A stretch of 64,000 nucleotides of DNA, taken from Heterodontus francisci. Lineage: Eukaryota. Under the pieces are notes generated by a model, which was given only the letters and a program-made list of their open reading frames with translations, did no database searches and had not been told where the DNA came from. The stretch's first letter is position 1. Every line of letters starts with the position of its first letter. A program made the position numbers and the translations under genes. Below are positions 24,700-37,745 of this stretch, piece by piece. The stretch is taken from positions 69,445,781-69,509,780 of the forward strand of contig NC_090397.1 in assembly GCF_036365525.1 (NCBI RefSeq), in the 5' to 3' direction.

Positions 24700-24912
24700 C
24701 AACAATAACAACATTTATATAGCACCTTCAACCTTGTAAAACGTCCCAAGGTGCTTCACAGGAACACTATTGAGCAAAATATGACATCGAGCCACATAAG
24801 GAGATATTTGGGCGATGACCTAAAGCTTAGTGAAAGAGGTAGGTTTTTAAGGAGTGCCTTAATGGAGAAAAGAGAGGTAGAGAGGCGGAGAGGTTTAGGG
24901 AGGGAGTTCCAG
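24700..24912 (-). mobile_element. L2 3' tail
   Basis: ACAACATTTATATAGCACC...CCCAAGGTGCTTCACAGG; GGTTTAGGGAGGGAGTTCCAG. Confidence 0.75.
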
Positions 24913-25383
24913 CAGTTTATTCAGTTGCAGTAGCTTCTGTGCATCCCACTGAACCAATCACAATAATATAGACAAGAGTGTCATTGGAAAATGGAACATC
25001 TTTAAAAAAAGATGAGAAAACCTGGGCTGATTAATCAAGGTGGGTTTGGTGGTGGAGGGGAGGCTTGGGAAGCAGTTACTCAGTGGCTGGGGACAACCAA
25101 TCAATGTAAAAGAGCTGCCAAATGCAGTCGAAGAACAATTCAATGAAGTGAAGAAAGACCACAAAGGAAAAGACGACATCTGGTTATTAAACCAGACGTT
25201 ACTTGGGGAATCGACACAATTACAGGAGTTGATACTGATCAAACTGAGAGTTTCAGTTTCATTTAAAATGCCCCAGGCATTGTAGAGGCTGAGACAGTAG
25301 TCCCAATGTATATTCTCTCATGTGCCATATACTAATATAAAGTTTATTTCCTACTAATGCAGTCATTCCACATTTTGTTATCT

Positions 25384-25735
25384 GCACAATAGCAACTCAC
25401 CAAGGCTCCTTCGACAGCACCTTCCAAACCCACAACCTCTACCACCTAGAAGGGCAAGGGCAGCAGATGCATGGGAACACCACCACCTGCAAGTTCCCTT
25501 CCAAGCCACACACACACCACCCCGACTTGGAACTATATCACCGTTCATTCATTGTCGCTGCATGAAAATCCTGGAACTCCCTCCCTAACAGCACTGTGGG
25601 TGTCCCTACTCCGCACGGACTGCAGCGGTTCAAGAAGGCAGCTCACCACTGCTTTCTCAAGAGCAGTTAGGGATGGGCAATAAATGCTGGCCTAGCCAGC
25701 GACACCGACATCCCATGAACGAATAATGAAAAAAA
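25384..25735 (+). mobile_element. LINE family B 3' fragment
   Basis: Same tail as 11404-12133. Confidence 0.85.
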
Positions 25736-26139
25736 CCTTCCGCCTCTATGCTCATTTTACTCTCTGTTGATGGGATTATGGGGGTGTGGCCATATAATAC
25801 TGGTAAATACCTTCCGTTCACAGACCAACTGTTGACCAACTGGAATTGCAGCATGGCAATATTTGCTACATGATGTACAATAAAAGCACAGCTAAAACAA
25901 GCAGTGAGCCTAGAGATTTTGCTCCTTATTGAAAATTATATAGGCAGTTCTGTACAAGAGTTCACTGCACAGGGACTGTCATTCTGCATGGAAGCTGCAG
26001 TGTAGTCCTCAGTGTCTCAGAGAAGTAGCAGTAGATATACACTCAGACATACAGTAGGAGTTCTGAGCAGTTTTGAGAGAAATGCTGCCTGAAGTTAGAC
26101 CGTAACTGTAGTCTGGGGGTTGGTGATATAGCTAACACT

Positions 26140-27000
26140 GAGGAAGAATGTAATGTAATATAAGAAGACATTAGGACTGGGCACTTAAGTGGTAAATGAA
26201 TTTTAACACAGACAAATGTGAGGTGATGCACTTTGGTAGGAAAAACAGAAACATCACCAGCGCTTTAGAAAATAAGAAACTGAATAGGGTTGGAAGGATT
26301 TAGAGATACAGGTGAACATGTCATTAAAACAGTATTGTGGTCAGCAAAGCAAATAGAAAGGCAAACACAGCACTGGGATTTATTTCTAGTGATACAGAAT
26401 TCAAAAGTAGTCGAATTATGTTAAACTTGTATAAGACTCTGGTCAGGCCGTACTTAAAGAGTACTGTGCACAGTTCCGGTCTCCATACTATAAGAAGGAC
26501 ATAGGAGCACTGGAGAAAGTGTAAAAAAGATTTACAAGGATGATACCAGAACTGAGAAATTACAGCTATTGGGAAAGTTTGAACAAGTTAAGCTTTTTTC
26601 TTTAGAAAAGTGAAAAGTTAGAGGAGACCTGATAGAGGTCCTTAAAATTAGGAGAGGGCTGGACAGGTTAGATGTGGAGAGAATGTTTCCACTTGAGGGA
26701 GAATCCGAATCTCGGGGCCATAAATACAAGATAATTACAAATAAATACAATAGGGAAATAAGGAGAAATTTCTTTTCTTGGAAAGTTGTTAAAATGTGGA
26801 ACTTGTTACCACAGGAAGTGGTTGAGGCAAAAAGCTTAGATTCTTTCAAGAGGAAACTACATGAGTACATGAAGGGAATAGAAAGAGTTGCTGAAAGGCT
26901 GAGATGAGGCAGATGGATTGGGAGAAGACTTGCGTGGAGTATAAAGACCAGCACAGACTAGTTGGGTTGAAAGGCTTGTTTCTGTGCTGTATACTCTATG
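26140..27000 (+). mobile_element. Old CR1 3' fragment
   Basis: KCEVMHFGRK and RRNFFSWKVVKMWNLLPQEVVEA peptides; CR1 tail. Confidence 0.85.
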
Positions 27001-27475
27001 TAATTCATTATTAAAGGAAGGTTTATTTGCAATTGGATATGCCATTCAGTCTATTCTCAGCCAGATCAATAAAAGGAGGCAGTGTCGGCAAACAAAATAG
27101 AACAAATTATTTGTCACTGTAGGGAGGACATTAGCAATCTGTGCGAGGTGACATCGATGCCACGAGAGGACCTGTAACCCTTCTGCCCCCTGACATTGAT
27201 CAGCTTTTCATGCCCTGATGCCCAGACAGTACAGATGCTGCCGATTCCTCCATCGTCCCACGTTGCTATCTGGATGCAGCTTTTTCCCCAGTGTTGCTGC
27301 TCTCAGAAGGGAATCAAAGAAATTATTGCCAGGTTCAGGCTCAGCGAGGTAAAGAGCAAAGGATAGTGCTGCATAAAAAAATGTCAATGCATATTCTCAA
27401 GATCAGGGACTGATGCTTTTTGCATGCAAGCATTTTGCAATTGTTTTCGTAACGTTGGGTTTGGACAGTCTGATA

Positions 27476-27826
27476 TAGAGCATAGCTACCCGACCTGAAC
27501 CCGATGGGACCCGATGACATATGTCAGGTTCGGGTCGGGTAGCGTCGCTCTTCTGGGTCTGGCGTTCGGGCTCGGGTCAGGTCGAGCCGGGTTGGACACA
27601 GTGACAGCCAAGACATCAAGGTGGGAAACACGCCGCACTAGTCTGTAGTGAGTGATTCCATCCAAAATACAGCACAACCTCTACAGTAAAGTTGATTATA
27701 TTCTGGTGGTCGGGTTGGGTAGGGCGCGGGATAAAATGAAAGGATTCAGGCCGGGTCAGCCTCGGCTCGGATGTCGTTCTGTCCGGCTTGGGTCAGGTTT
27801 CATTTGCAGACCTGAGCCAGCCTTTA
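27476..27826. mobile_element. Non-autonomous hAT element with CCCGA/TCGGG subterminal motifs
   Basis: Perfect 8-bp TSD GTCTGATA at 27468-27475 and 27827-27834; imperfect TIR TAGAGCATAGCT / AGCCAGCCTTTA. Confidence 0.8.
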
Positions 27827-28469
27827 GTCTGATAGGTGCAGAGACCCCTCACCATGTTTAACAGTTTCCAAACCAAACTACCAGGAAATCCACTCATGTG
27901 GAGTTTTTGCTTGTCTGATCGGGAGTGCAGTCTCTCCCTCTAGGGACGTACCCCGCTGGACTAAGTCAAGTAATGTAGGCAGAGGTTGGCAACAGCCAAT
28001 GCTAATGGACTCCAGAAAGGAGGCTGCTAGAGTATAACCAATTAAAACCACACAGCTAATGACAGCACAGGACTGAAAAGTTTCCTGCTGCTTGTCCAAC
28101 AAAGCCATCTAACCTTTAGGACACTGGGTTGTAGGTTTATCTGGAGCAAAATGGAAATCATCCCACCTCCCAGCGACAGGACGACGAGTGACATTAACAG
28201 TCAAGGGCAAAACAACTGCAGTCACTCAGAATTCCTTCAAATCAAATGCCACGATCAACTCAGTTACGATCTTTCTACTTAATCTGGCTCTCCAAATGCA
28301 TATTTCTCCAAGACATACCGGAGATTAAAGCCTGGCTGATATAACCCTTCCCTGGGGCCTGGTCCTCTTGGCCATATTCTCACCAGGACAAGAACAATCA
28401 TATCCATTTATAACAGGGAGATTCAAGTCCAGAGGCAAATCCAGATTATAGACATTTTTTAAAAATTGT

Positions 28470-28875
28470 TTTTGGGATGTGATTATGACACTGGCAAGCC
28501 AGTATTTATTGCTCATCCCTAGCTGCCCTAAAAGCATTAAAACCAAAGCACATCGTGTGGGCCTGGAGTCACGAGTAGGTTGAACTTGTTACAGGTGGCA
28601 GCTGCCTATCCCTAAAGGACTAACGTGAATCAGTTGGGCTTTAAAACAATCCACCAATGTGATAATCACCAATTAAACTCAATCAACATCACAAAAAGAG
28701 ATTATTTGGTTGTTATCATATCGTTGTTGGTGGGAGCTTGCTGTGCGCTGATTGGTTGCTCCGTTTCCTACATTACAGCAGTGACTTCACTTCAAAAAAC
28801 GTACTTAATAGACTGCAAAGCACTTTAGGACATCCTGAGATTATGAAAGGTGCTATATAAATGCAAGTCTTTCTA
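28470..28875. mobile_element. SINE fragments: family-B-tailed SINE (-) joined to a DeuSINE 3' half (+)
   Basis: GGGATGTG...CAGTATTTATTGCTCATCCC; TCAACATCACAAAAAGAGATTAT...GCTATATAAATGCAAGTC. Confidence 0.6.
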
Positions 28876-29699
28876 ACACTTTCCAAGGCACTTGGGTTGA
28901 TATTTTATGAGTGTTAGGACATTTCTGACACTCAGTAAATAGGGCTCACAGAGTGCATTAGTACTATTAAAAATAACATGAAGTATTGTGAGCATTGTGA
29001 AGAGAGTAAGTTGAAGCTGAAAGCAGGGGGAGTCCTAATGCTGTAAATACTGCAGGAACCTGCCAGCAACAACAGCAACTTAAACAGGCATCCATATTAT
29101 CGGCAAGTTGCACAATGAAGAAAGCCATACAACTAACAGAAGGAGAGAAAGGAAGTGGGTTTTGTATCTGGAGGCTGTAACCCTTTGAAAGGAAGAAGAA
29201 ATCCATAGCTGCAGTGGACAATCTAACAATCTTCTTCATTCATTCAACCTCCTTATACAAATGAATTTTTATCAAAGTTGTGCAAAAGCTGGAGGTGGGA
29301 ACTCTGTGACCTAGACCCTGAGGTCAGTGTGGAATACAGTCATGTCAAAGCATTAATCATCTTCAGCTGTCTGAGGAAGACAATGATACTCAGTAAAAGC
29401 ATGTAAGTAACTCCAAGCAGTTGCCTTGTTGATGCTGTCAAGAGAAACCATCAATATATCGGCCCACAAAGGCTTCTAGCATTCCCAGTGAATCCTGGCC
29501 AAGGGAATAACGGAAGCAGATAGCTTCCATAATTAATGCAATTATCTCTATCATAATATAGTTCCCTTTAAATGGAAGATGTGTGAATGATGAGCAATAT
29601 ATCACTGTTATTTCCAGAGAAAAATGGAACAGATACAAATTTCTAAGAGTTATACCTCTTAAAATCTCAGAGACTTTCACTGAAAATGAGTAAATCTCT

Positions 29700-30085
29700 C
29701 AACAACATCACCAACTTGTGTTTATATGTTAGACAAAAACTAACTGAGCCAAAGAAGGAGATATTGGAAGGAGCGGCTAAGAGTATGGTCAAATAAGACT
29801 GATTTTAAGGAACTTCTTAAAGGTGAAGAGACAGGTAAAGAGGTTTAAGGGTGGGAATTTACAGCTTCGGGTCGAGATGGCTGAAAGCACTGCCACAAAT
29901 GGTGGAATGACGGAACTGGGGGATAAACAAGAGGCTCGAACCGGAGGAATAGAAAGTTCTTGGAGGGTTGTAAGGCTGGAGGAGATTTCAGAGATAGGGA
30001 GGGGCGAGGCCATGGAGGGATTTGAAGATGAGGATGAGAATTTTACCGTTGCAGGTGTCGAGGGACTGGGAGCCAATGTAGGGTC
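29700..30085 (-). mobile_element. L2 3' fragment
   Basis: GGAGGGTTGTAAGGCTGGAGGAG...GGCGAGGCCATGGAGGGATTTGAA. Confidence 0.8.
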
Positions 30086-30154
30086 GCGATTACAGGCGTG
30101 TTGCTATGATTGTTTAAAATGAAGCATAAATGTTTGTGGAAATTATAAGCTTAC

Positions 30155-30212
30155 CTTTACTGCATAATAGTGCACCCCATAGGTTGGAAGAGATTCTGCA
30201 ATGCTCATGTAA
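30155..30212 (-). CDS. FRMD4A: FRMD4A coding exon (58 nt) N-YMSIAESLPTYGVHYYAVK
   Basis: CAG/GTAAGC splice sites, phase 2 to 0; FERM LPTYG motif. Confidence 0.96.
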
Positions 30213-30779
30213 CTGGGAAAAGAGCAAAAATGGAAGGAATGTTAGAAATGATTTTGAATTGTTTTCCTAATAGTGCTCCAAAAACATTGAAATATATAAG
30301 GCAGCTGATTTGTCAAACTCATAAAAAACTGCAAATAAAAACTGGCAACAGAAGAAATATGAATGCAAGATTAAAACAAAAGGAAACACTTGAAATAGGC
30401 AAATTAGCAACACCTCGTGAATACAGAAATAAAACAACTAAGGACAGTTATCAAAGAACATCCAAAAAATACAAATCACTCTCCTATTTACCATAAAAGG
30501 AAAAAGCCTGGAAATCACTGCTGGTGATGTTATCACACAAATGCACAACATGTTTGATTCAGATTCCTCACTTTATATTTTAATGGAGGCATTAATCTGT
30601 TTATTTTGAACAGCTTATACCCCCATTTAAAATGGGAGGGGGGGGGAATTTGATACGAGCTTGCAATTTGCAGGAGAACATTGCTGACAGTAATTTCTAG
30701 CATATCGTTTTTCAGTAGATCTGAAAGATAGAAAGCTAAAAAGTTATCCTTAGAATTTTTCAGTAAATGCATGACTTAC

Positions 30780-30845
30780 TTCACAATAGCTTGTCCTCGT
30801 GTTTGTCCACTGACCTTCTTATGATGTTCAATCACTCTATCCTCG
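30780..30845 (-). CDS. FRMD4A: FRMD4A coding exon (66 nt) C-EDRVIEHHKKVSGQTRGQAIV-N
   Basis: CAG/GTAAGT splice sites, phase 2 to 2. Confidence 0.95.
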
Positions 30846-30924
30846 CTGAAAGGCATCAGACAATAAACATTGTTTCTAAAACCACAGACTGACTTTATGA
30901 AAGTGTTTATAATAAAGCAAAAAC

Positions 30925-31495
30925 GTAAGAAATAGGAACTGGTGTGGACCATTCAGCCCTTCAAGCCTACTCCGCCATTCAACAAGATCATGACTGATCT
31001 TCTATCTCAACTGCACCTTCCCGCGCGCTATCCCCATATTTCTTAATTGCCTTAGTGTCCAAAAATCTATCAATCTCTGACTTGAAGATACTCAACGACT
31101 GAGCACCACAGCTCTCTGGGGTAGAGAATTCCAAAGGTTCACAACCCTCTGAGTGAAGAAATTTCTCCTCATCTCAGTCCTAAATAGCCGACCCCTTATC
31201 CTGAGACTGTGACCCTCGTGTTCTAGATTCTCCATTCGGGGGAAACATTTTCTCAGCATCTACCCAGTGAAGCCCCTTAAGAATGTTGTATGTTTCAATG
31301 AGATCACCTCTCATTCTTCTAAACTCCAGGGAACGTAGGCCTAGTCTACTCAATCTCATCTCATAGGCCAATCCCCTCATCCCTGTAACCTTTGTTTTAC
31401 TCCATCTAGGGCAAGTATGTCCTTCCTTAGGTAAGGAGACCAAAAGTACACACAGTACTCCAGGTGTGGCCTCACCAAGGCCCTGGATAACTGTA
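30925..31495 (-). mobile_element. CR1 3' fragment
   Basis: RLSRLGLRSLEFRRMRGDLIETYNILKG peptide and tail. Confidence 0.9.
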
Positions 31496-32139
31496 AGTAA
31501 CTACCCATTTAAAATGTGTTGGAAAAGTACATCATATGCATCCAATCTTTTCATTACCTCTTGGTACAGATATTGTAGAATTAATTGCGACATTTTGGAA
31601 GGGATGGAACTCTGCACCCTGCAAGAGTCAGTGGAAAGAGCATGGAAAAAAGGAGAAAGAGATTGCCACAAGCAAGAGAGTGAAAAACAGAGACGGAAGG
31701 TGAAATAGAGCGAGTAAGACAGTGTGAAAGTATGAAAAAAGCAGGAAGGAAATGGAGGAAAGAACAAAGAAAGAACAAAGGCTGGAAAATAAATAAACTA
31801 AGCTCAGCCTAGCTTCGAGGCACAGCAGCTTATAGCTCAGAAAAGGTCCATTTGGCACATTGTATCTATGCTGGCTCATTGATAGAATGATCAAAAAATA
31901 CTCCCACTATCCTGCTCTCACTACATTGCTTTACATTTTTCTCTGCTTCAAATAGTTTCTCATATTTTCCTGACAAAGATTCAATAGTCTCTGCCTCAAC
32001 TGCTCCCTGCAGCAAAACAATCTATGCTCCAACAACCGCCTGTGTTAAGAAATATATCTTCTGACTTGTCGGCACACTCCCTTAGCGATCATGGTAAGGT
32101 AATGAACCCTCATCACTGAACCTTCAACCACAGTCCGCC

Positions 32140-32785
32140 TCACTGTTTACCAAATTGCCATATAAATACCATGGTTACAAGAGCAGGTCAGAGGCTGGGA
32201 AATCTGCAGTGAGTAACTCACCTCCTGACTCCCCAAAGCCTGTCCACCATGTACAAGGCACAAGTCAGGAGTGTGATGCAATACTCTCCACTTGCCTGGA
32301 TGGGTGCAGCTCCAACAACACTCAAGAAGCTCGACACCATCCAGGACAAAGCAGCCCACTTGATCGGCATCCCATCCACCACCTTCAACATTCACTCCCT
32401 CCACCACCGACGCTCAGTGGCAGCAGTGTGTACCATCTACAAGATGCACTGCAGCAACTAACCAAGCCTCCTTAGACAGCACCTTCCAAACCTGCGACCT
32501 CTACCACCTAGAAGGACAAGGGCAGAAGGAGCATGGGAACACCACCATCTACAATTTCTCCTCCAAGCCACAGAGCATCCTGACTTGGAACTATACCACT
32601 GTTCCTTCACTGCCACTGGGTCAAAATCCTGGAACTCCCTTCGTAACAGCACTGTGGGTGTACCTACACCACACGGTCAGCAGTGATTCAAGAAGGCAGC
32701 TCACCATCACCTTCTCAAGGGCAATTAGGGATGGGCAATACATGCTGGCCTGACCAGCGACGCCCACATCCGTGAATGAATTAAA
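32140..32785 (+). mobile_element. LINE family B 3' fragment
   Basis: YKAQVRSVMQYSPLAWMGAAPTTLKKLDTIQDKAA peptide and tail. Confidence 0.9.
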
Positions 32786-33819
32786 AATTCCCACTTGCAT
32801 CACATTTTGAGATTGTGTCACCTATACCCAAGTCTAAATATAATCCTGCGAACATTAATAGGACTCAGCACTGACTTCTGAGGCCCACCATTACCAATCC
32901 TTCTGCAGTCTGATCAATACCCTCTCACCCTAACTCTCTGTTCTCTATCCATCAACCCAACTCTCTATCAATACTGTTACACTTCCTCAAACACAGGATT
33001 AATGTAGTAATCTCGATTACACAGAATACATTTCACTTTTCCAGTAGTAAGATTTGTTGTGCTATTCTTTTCAATTGAAAACTGAAAGGCTAGGCTTACT
33101 CCATGGCTGTTGCTTAAGACAGGGATGAAAAAAAAGGCTTGACCTGCTTTGAAGAAAAAAAGCAAAACGAAACAGCTCCACAGGCCTGTGTGTCATAGTT
33201 TTATAGCTTGTGAAAGATTTCCATCTCAAATATCACTGCGATGACCCAAGACACAAGAGGCCGAGCTTCTTTTCATCAAAGACAAGTGACGTTACTGTTT
33301 GGGAGTCACTCAGGGCAAAGGCTGCAAAATACCTTAAATATTATCTCAGCTCTCCTCCACAGTTGGGACAACAACAAGATTATCAAACAGCTGCCTAAAT
33401 TCATAGACCGCACCACTGCACCTGCTGTTATCACTTGTATAAGATTATCTTAGGTTAAATTTAATGTAAAATAGAATGGGAATTTATTGACATTTCTATT
33501 CCTTTATTTTTCTTTCCTCTCCCCCTCCCCAACTTTTCTCTCCCTCTTCCTCTTCAGATGCCCCTGCACAAGGCCCCTTTCCTAGTTAACTCTGCCTGTT
33601 TGTTCAGCTTTGCCTCTGTGCTATTTAACCAGCTGTTGAGAGCTCCCTCTTTTCCAGAATACTGCCACTTCTCCTCTTTCCCCTCACCTACAATGAACAG
33701 TGAATTCACTCTTCACTAGAGGAGTGACAGAAACATCCGCTGATCTCCATTAGGGTGGCAGTGGGTGCCTGTCAGCCTTGCCCTTTTGAACAGGAAGGAT
33801 TAAAATTGGTAAGTCTCTT

Positions 33820-34192
33820 TTATTGATTCATGGGATGTGGGGGTCACTGGCTAGGCCAGCATTTATTGCCCATCCCTAATTGCCTTTGATTCTCAGAGGG
33901 CATTTAAGAGTTAACCACATTGCTGTGGGTCTGGATTCACATGTAGGCCAGACCAGATTAGGATGGCAGATTTCCTTCCCTGAAGGACATTAGTGAACGA
34001 GATGGGTTTTTACAACAATCGACAATGGTTTCATGGCCATCATTAGACTAGCTTTTTAATTCCAGATTTTATTAATTGAATTCAAATTTCACCATCTGCC
34101 ATGGTGGGATTCAAACCTATGTCCCCAGAGCATTAGCCTGAGTCTCTGGGCTACTAGTCCCAGTGACATTACCACTACGCCACCGCCTCCCC
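33820..34192 (-). mobile_element. tRNA-derived SINE carrying the LINE family B tail
   Basis: Head GGGGAGGCGGTGGCGTAGTGGTAATG...GGTTTGAATCCC; 3' end GGCAATTAGGGATGGGCAATAAATGCTGGCC...CATCCCATGAATCAATAAAA. Confidence 0.8.
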
Positions 34193-34209
34193 TTGAAGTG
34201 AAACCCAAT

Positions 34210-35090
34210 CCTGACTGTAGTCGTTGTCGGCTGTCCCTCGATTCGAGGATGACATCGACTCAGTGTCGCGAGTTTCTGCCATGGGTTTTCAGGTGACTGA
34301 ACAGGCCGATTCTCGACTCGCAGATCTTTGGGCACATGGGGCAGTACGTCCCACGAGGTAGTGAGATCCGGAGTGCAGGATTTTCTTCCTTTTCTTTCTT
34401 TCTCTGCCGCCGTTCTGCCTCATCGTTTAGGCCGCTTGGACTCAAAGCATGATGCAGCTTTTTTTTTAGAATTAGAATTAGAACATTACAGCGCAGTACA
34501 GGCCCTTTGGCCCTCGATATTGCGCCGACCTGTGAAACCATCTGACCTACGCTATTCCATTTTCATCCATATGTCTATCCAATGACCACTTAAATGCCCT
34601 TAAAGTTGGCGAGTCTACTACTGTTGCAGGCAGGGCGTTCCACGCCCCTACTACTCTCTGAGTAAAGAAACTACCTCTAACATCTGTCCTATATCTATCA
34701 CCCCTCAACTTAAAGCTATGTCCCCTCGTGTTTGCCTGATGGACAAGTTGTCGCCATTTTGTACAAATGGTAGCAAGCTCCTCCCAGTCATCAACGTCAA
34801 TGCTGCCAAGCTTCAAAGAGAACTTCAGAGTGCCCGTGAAGAAATTTCTTTGCCCTCCCCTAGAACACTGGTCATTTGGGAGTTGAGAAAACAGGAACTG
34901 GTGGGGGGAGGGGGGGGATGGGGGAGGAGATGGTTTTCGGCCATCCAGAGACAGTGTCCAGTCCATCGAAGTCGGTTTTGCAGGAGTTTTGCCTGAATGC
35001 TTGTGGAGCTGGCGTCAAGAAGCCAGTGTCCTGATTGTAGTGATGCTTGCTGGAAAATATACATTGTGAATTGGGATGAGAGCAGGACCA
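34210..35090 (-). mobile_element. RTE-clade LINE 3' fragment interrupted by a CR1 tail (about 34468-34735)
   Basis: QNRLRWTGHCLWM...RGGQR...WEELA...WRQLV and C2H2-like CPMCPKICESRIGLFSHLKTH, typical of RTE ORF C-termini; inserted CR1 RGHSFKLRG...FFTQRVVGAWNALP. Confidence 0.8.
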
Positions 35091-35524
35091 ACCCCTGTTA
35101 GCCTGTCAAGACATGGGTAAGGAAGGGAAAGCCTGTGTGCAATATGACATTTAATTAACAGCTAAGATGGTTTAATTGCAGTAGTTGTGTATTCTACAAA
35201 GCTGCAGACAACTATAAGGCAGTGGCTGAAAAGTACTTGCTCCACCATAGCCAAAAAATGGTTGGAGTTGAATGATGCACAGATCTACATTATCAAAAGA
35301 GAAATGAAAGGACCACTGCAGCAATGTTTGGCAAATCTTTCCTTGTTTGACGATGGAATCAGATAGAGATTTGTGTTGTTTTTGCCACATATGCATCTGA
35401 TGCTGTGATGCATTTCAAAGCAACTTACTGCTCCTGTATATTTGTTAACAAATGGAATGGAGTTCACAAACCCTTTTTTTCACGCAGACGGTGCCTCTAA
35501 AAACACCTTTCTTTCAGCAGCCTC

Positions 35525-35775
35525 CAAGAAATTCAATGGGGAATTCAGGAGAAACTTCTCAACCCAAGTGATGAAAATGTGGAACCCGCTACCCCAGGGA
35601 GTGGTTGAGGTGAACAGTATAGATACATTTAGGGGGAAGCTGGATAAGCAGATGAGGGAGAAGGGAATGAGGGTTATGATGATAGAATTAGATGAGGAAG
35701 GATGGGAGGTGGCTCGAGTGGAGCATAAACGGCAGCATGGTCTGTTGAGCAGAATGGTTTGTTTCTGTGCTGTAT
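35525..35775 (+). mobile_element. CR1 3' tail
   Basis: KFNGEFRRNFSTQVMKMWNPLPQGVVE peptide. Confidence 0.75.
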
Positions 35776-37314
35776 ATTTTATGAAATCCTATAGAAAATC
35801 CCAGAGGGAGTCAGTGCCTTCGAGGATGCAATAGATGAGCTGAGAAAACTGAATGACAAATGAACAGTCAAGGAACTAAAGTGTGGATGGTGATTAAAAC
35901 ATAAGTGGATGTGCTAAGGAATGCCTGGCAATACTCGTCCCTTTTAAACTGCACTTGAAATCAATGTATTCAATAACAGTTGATTTAAACTGGCGGATGT
36001 TTCTGCGGTGTGATAGATGACAGGGCTGGGATTGGAGCACATCTCCAAGTTTGTCCGAGGTGATGGGTTCTCATATACACATATCAGGAGTGGCTTTGAT
36101 GTAAAGTACAGCTCCCTTTTACATTATACTGACAACAGACCGAACCCCAGTCTCAGAAGATCACCCTGTGCCACACTATTGGGAATTTCGTGTTCCTAGG
36201 CTGTCATATATATGACCTCACTGACAGAAATGGCTCAATTAGTGACAACTGTGCCGAATGATGAGGTCTTTCCCCATTGGGGAAAGGGTTTTAGATTACT
36301 CAAACCCATTTCATTTTGGAGCTTTTAACAGTGAATAGGGAGCCAATCAATCCGAGCTGCAATAGATGGAACTGTGTTGTGGAGACAAAGGCACGGTTTT
36401 CTGATCATTGCACTGGCCCCATTTTCAAATCTCTCTGATTGTAACGTCAGTCATGTTCCCACAGCATACATCCCAATGGAATCCTAAACCTGCCGCTTCC
36501 ACATATTCTCAGAGCAAGTGTTAAAAGATACAATAATCAACCAGGCCATTAAGAACAGGCATGACTTTATAACTCGATGGCTTGTTCTTTGCTCACTCTG
36601 CATGGATGTAATATACCGCCTTACTTCACAGGAGCAGAACTTCTTTCTATTATTTCTTGGGTATGAAGAGGCCAAAGTAAAACTGGATCTTCTCTTGCCT
36701 CTTTAACAGAAATGCAGGTCAGCAATCCTTAGACAGTCAGTGGCAGCTTCAACAGTAACTGTGTAACGTACCCTTGTCTAATTGGCTGAGTCTCACTCCA
36801 GCTCTATCTATTCTGCCTTTTCAGGCTTGCTTATTCTATTACACGAGGGTCAACCCAGAGTGGAGAACAATGCCAGTAAGATGCAAATCAACAATCCGTG
36901 TTATCTTAAACATTTTGACATTCAACTTGACACAGAGAGAAACTGAAGCAAGTCGATGGGAAGTGAAATGTCTTGTAACTTCAGTCCCCACTTTCAGAGG
37001 TTTTTATGTGAGAGCTGTAATGCAGCACATATTAAATTGATCCATTAACCCTTGTTATAATCTCAACTAGTTATGCCAAAAACAAAATTAGTTGAAGAAA
37101 AGTACCAAAACTATCAAATATGGTCCTGCCAATGATGCACTCTAACGTTATCACTTGGTTTGTTTAGTATATTGGTACCAATTCAGAGATCCCACATTCC
37201 CAGTGGGGAAGCTCACTTGAAGGGACCAGACAGTTTAATGCAGGGGCCTACAGGAGCCACAGCCAGGGGCCCCAGGTAGTGCTTACCATAACAATAACAA
37301 CTTTCATTTAAATA

Positions 37315-37481
37315 GCACAAAAGCATAATACTGTGGATACTGGAAATCTGAAATAAAAGCAGAAAATGCTGGAAATAGAACTGATTCTGATGAAAGGTCA
37401 CAGACCTGAAACGTTAACTCTGTTTTTCTCTCCACAGATGCTGCCAGACCTGCTGAGTATTTCGAGCATTTTCTGTTTTTA
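37315..37481. mobile_element. Penelope-like terminal relic (inverted arms) with hammerhead core
   Basis: AAAAGCAGAAAATGCTGGAAATA is inverted against TATTTCGAGCATTTTCTGTTTT; CTGATGA-A-AGGTC-ACA-GACCT-GAAACGTTAACTC. Confidence 0.65.
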
Positions 37482-37745
37482 CTGCATAAGGAATGAATAT
37501 CAAACAAAAAATTTGACATTCCAGAGCTTAGTACCTTAGCAACTGAAGGAACGGCCACCAATGCTGAAGTGATTAAATTCAGGGATGCTGAAGAGGGGCC
37601 AAGATATCTCGGAGGGTTGTGGGGCTGGAGGTGGTTACAGGGATAGGGAGGGTGGGGCCATGGAGGGAGTTAAAAACAAGAGTGAGAATTTTAAAATTGA
37701 GGTGTTGCTGGAATGGAAGCCAATGTAGGTCAGCGAGGATAGCGA
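37482..37745 (-). mobile_element. L2 fragment
   Basis: LADLHWLPFQQHLNFKILTLVFNSLHG peptide. Confidence 0.85.
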
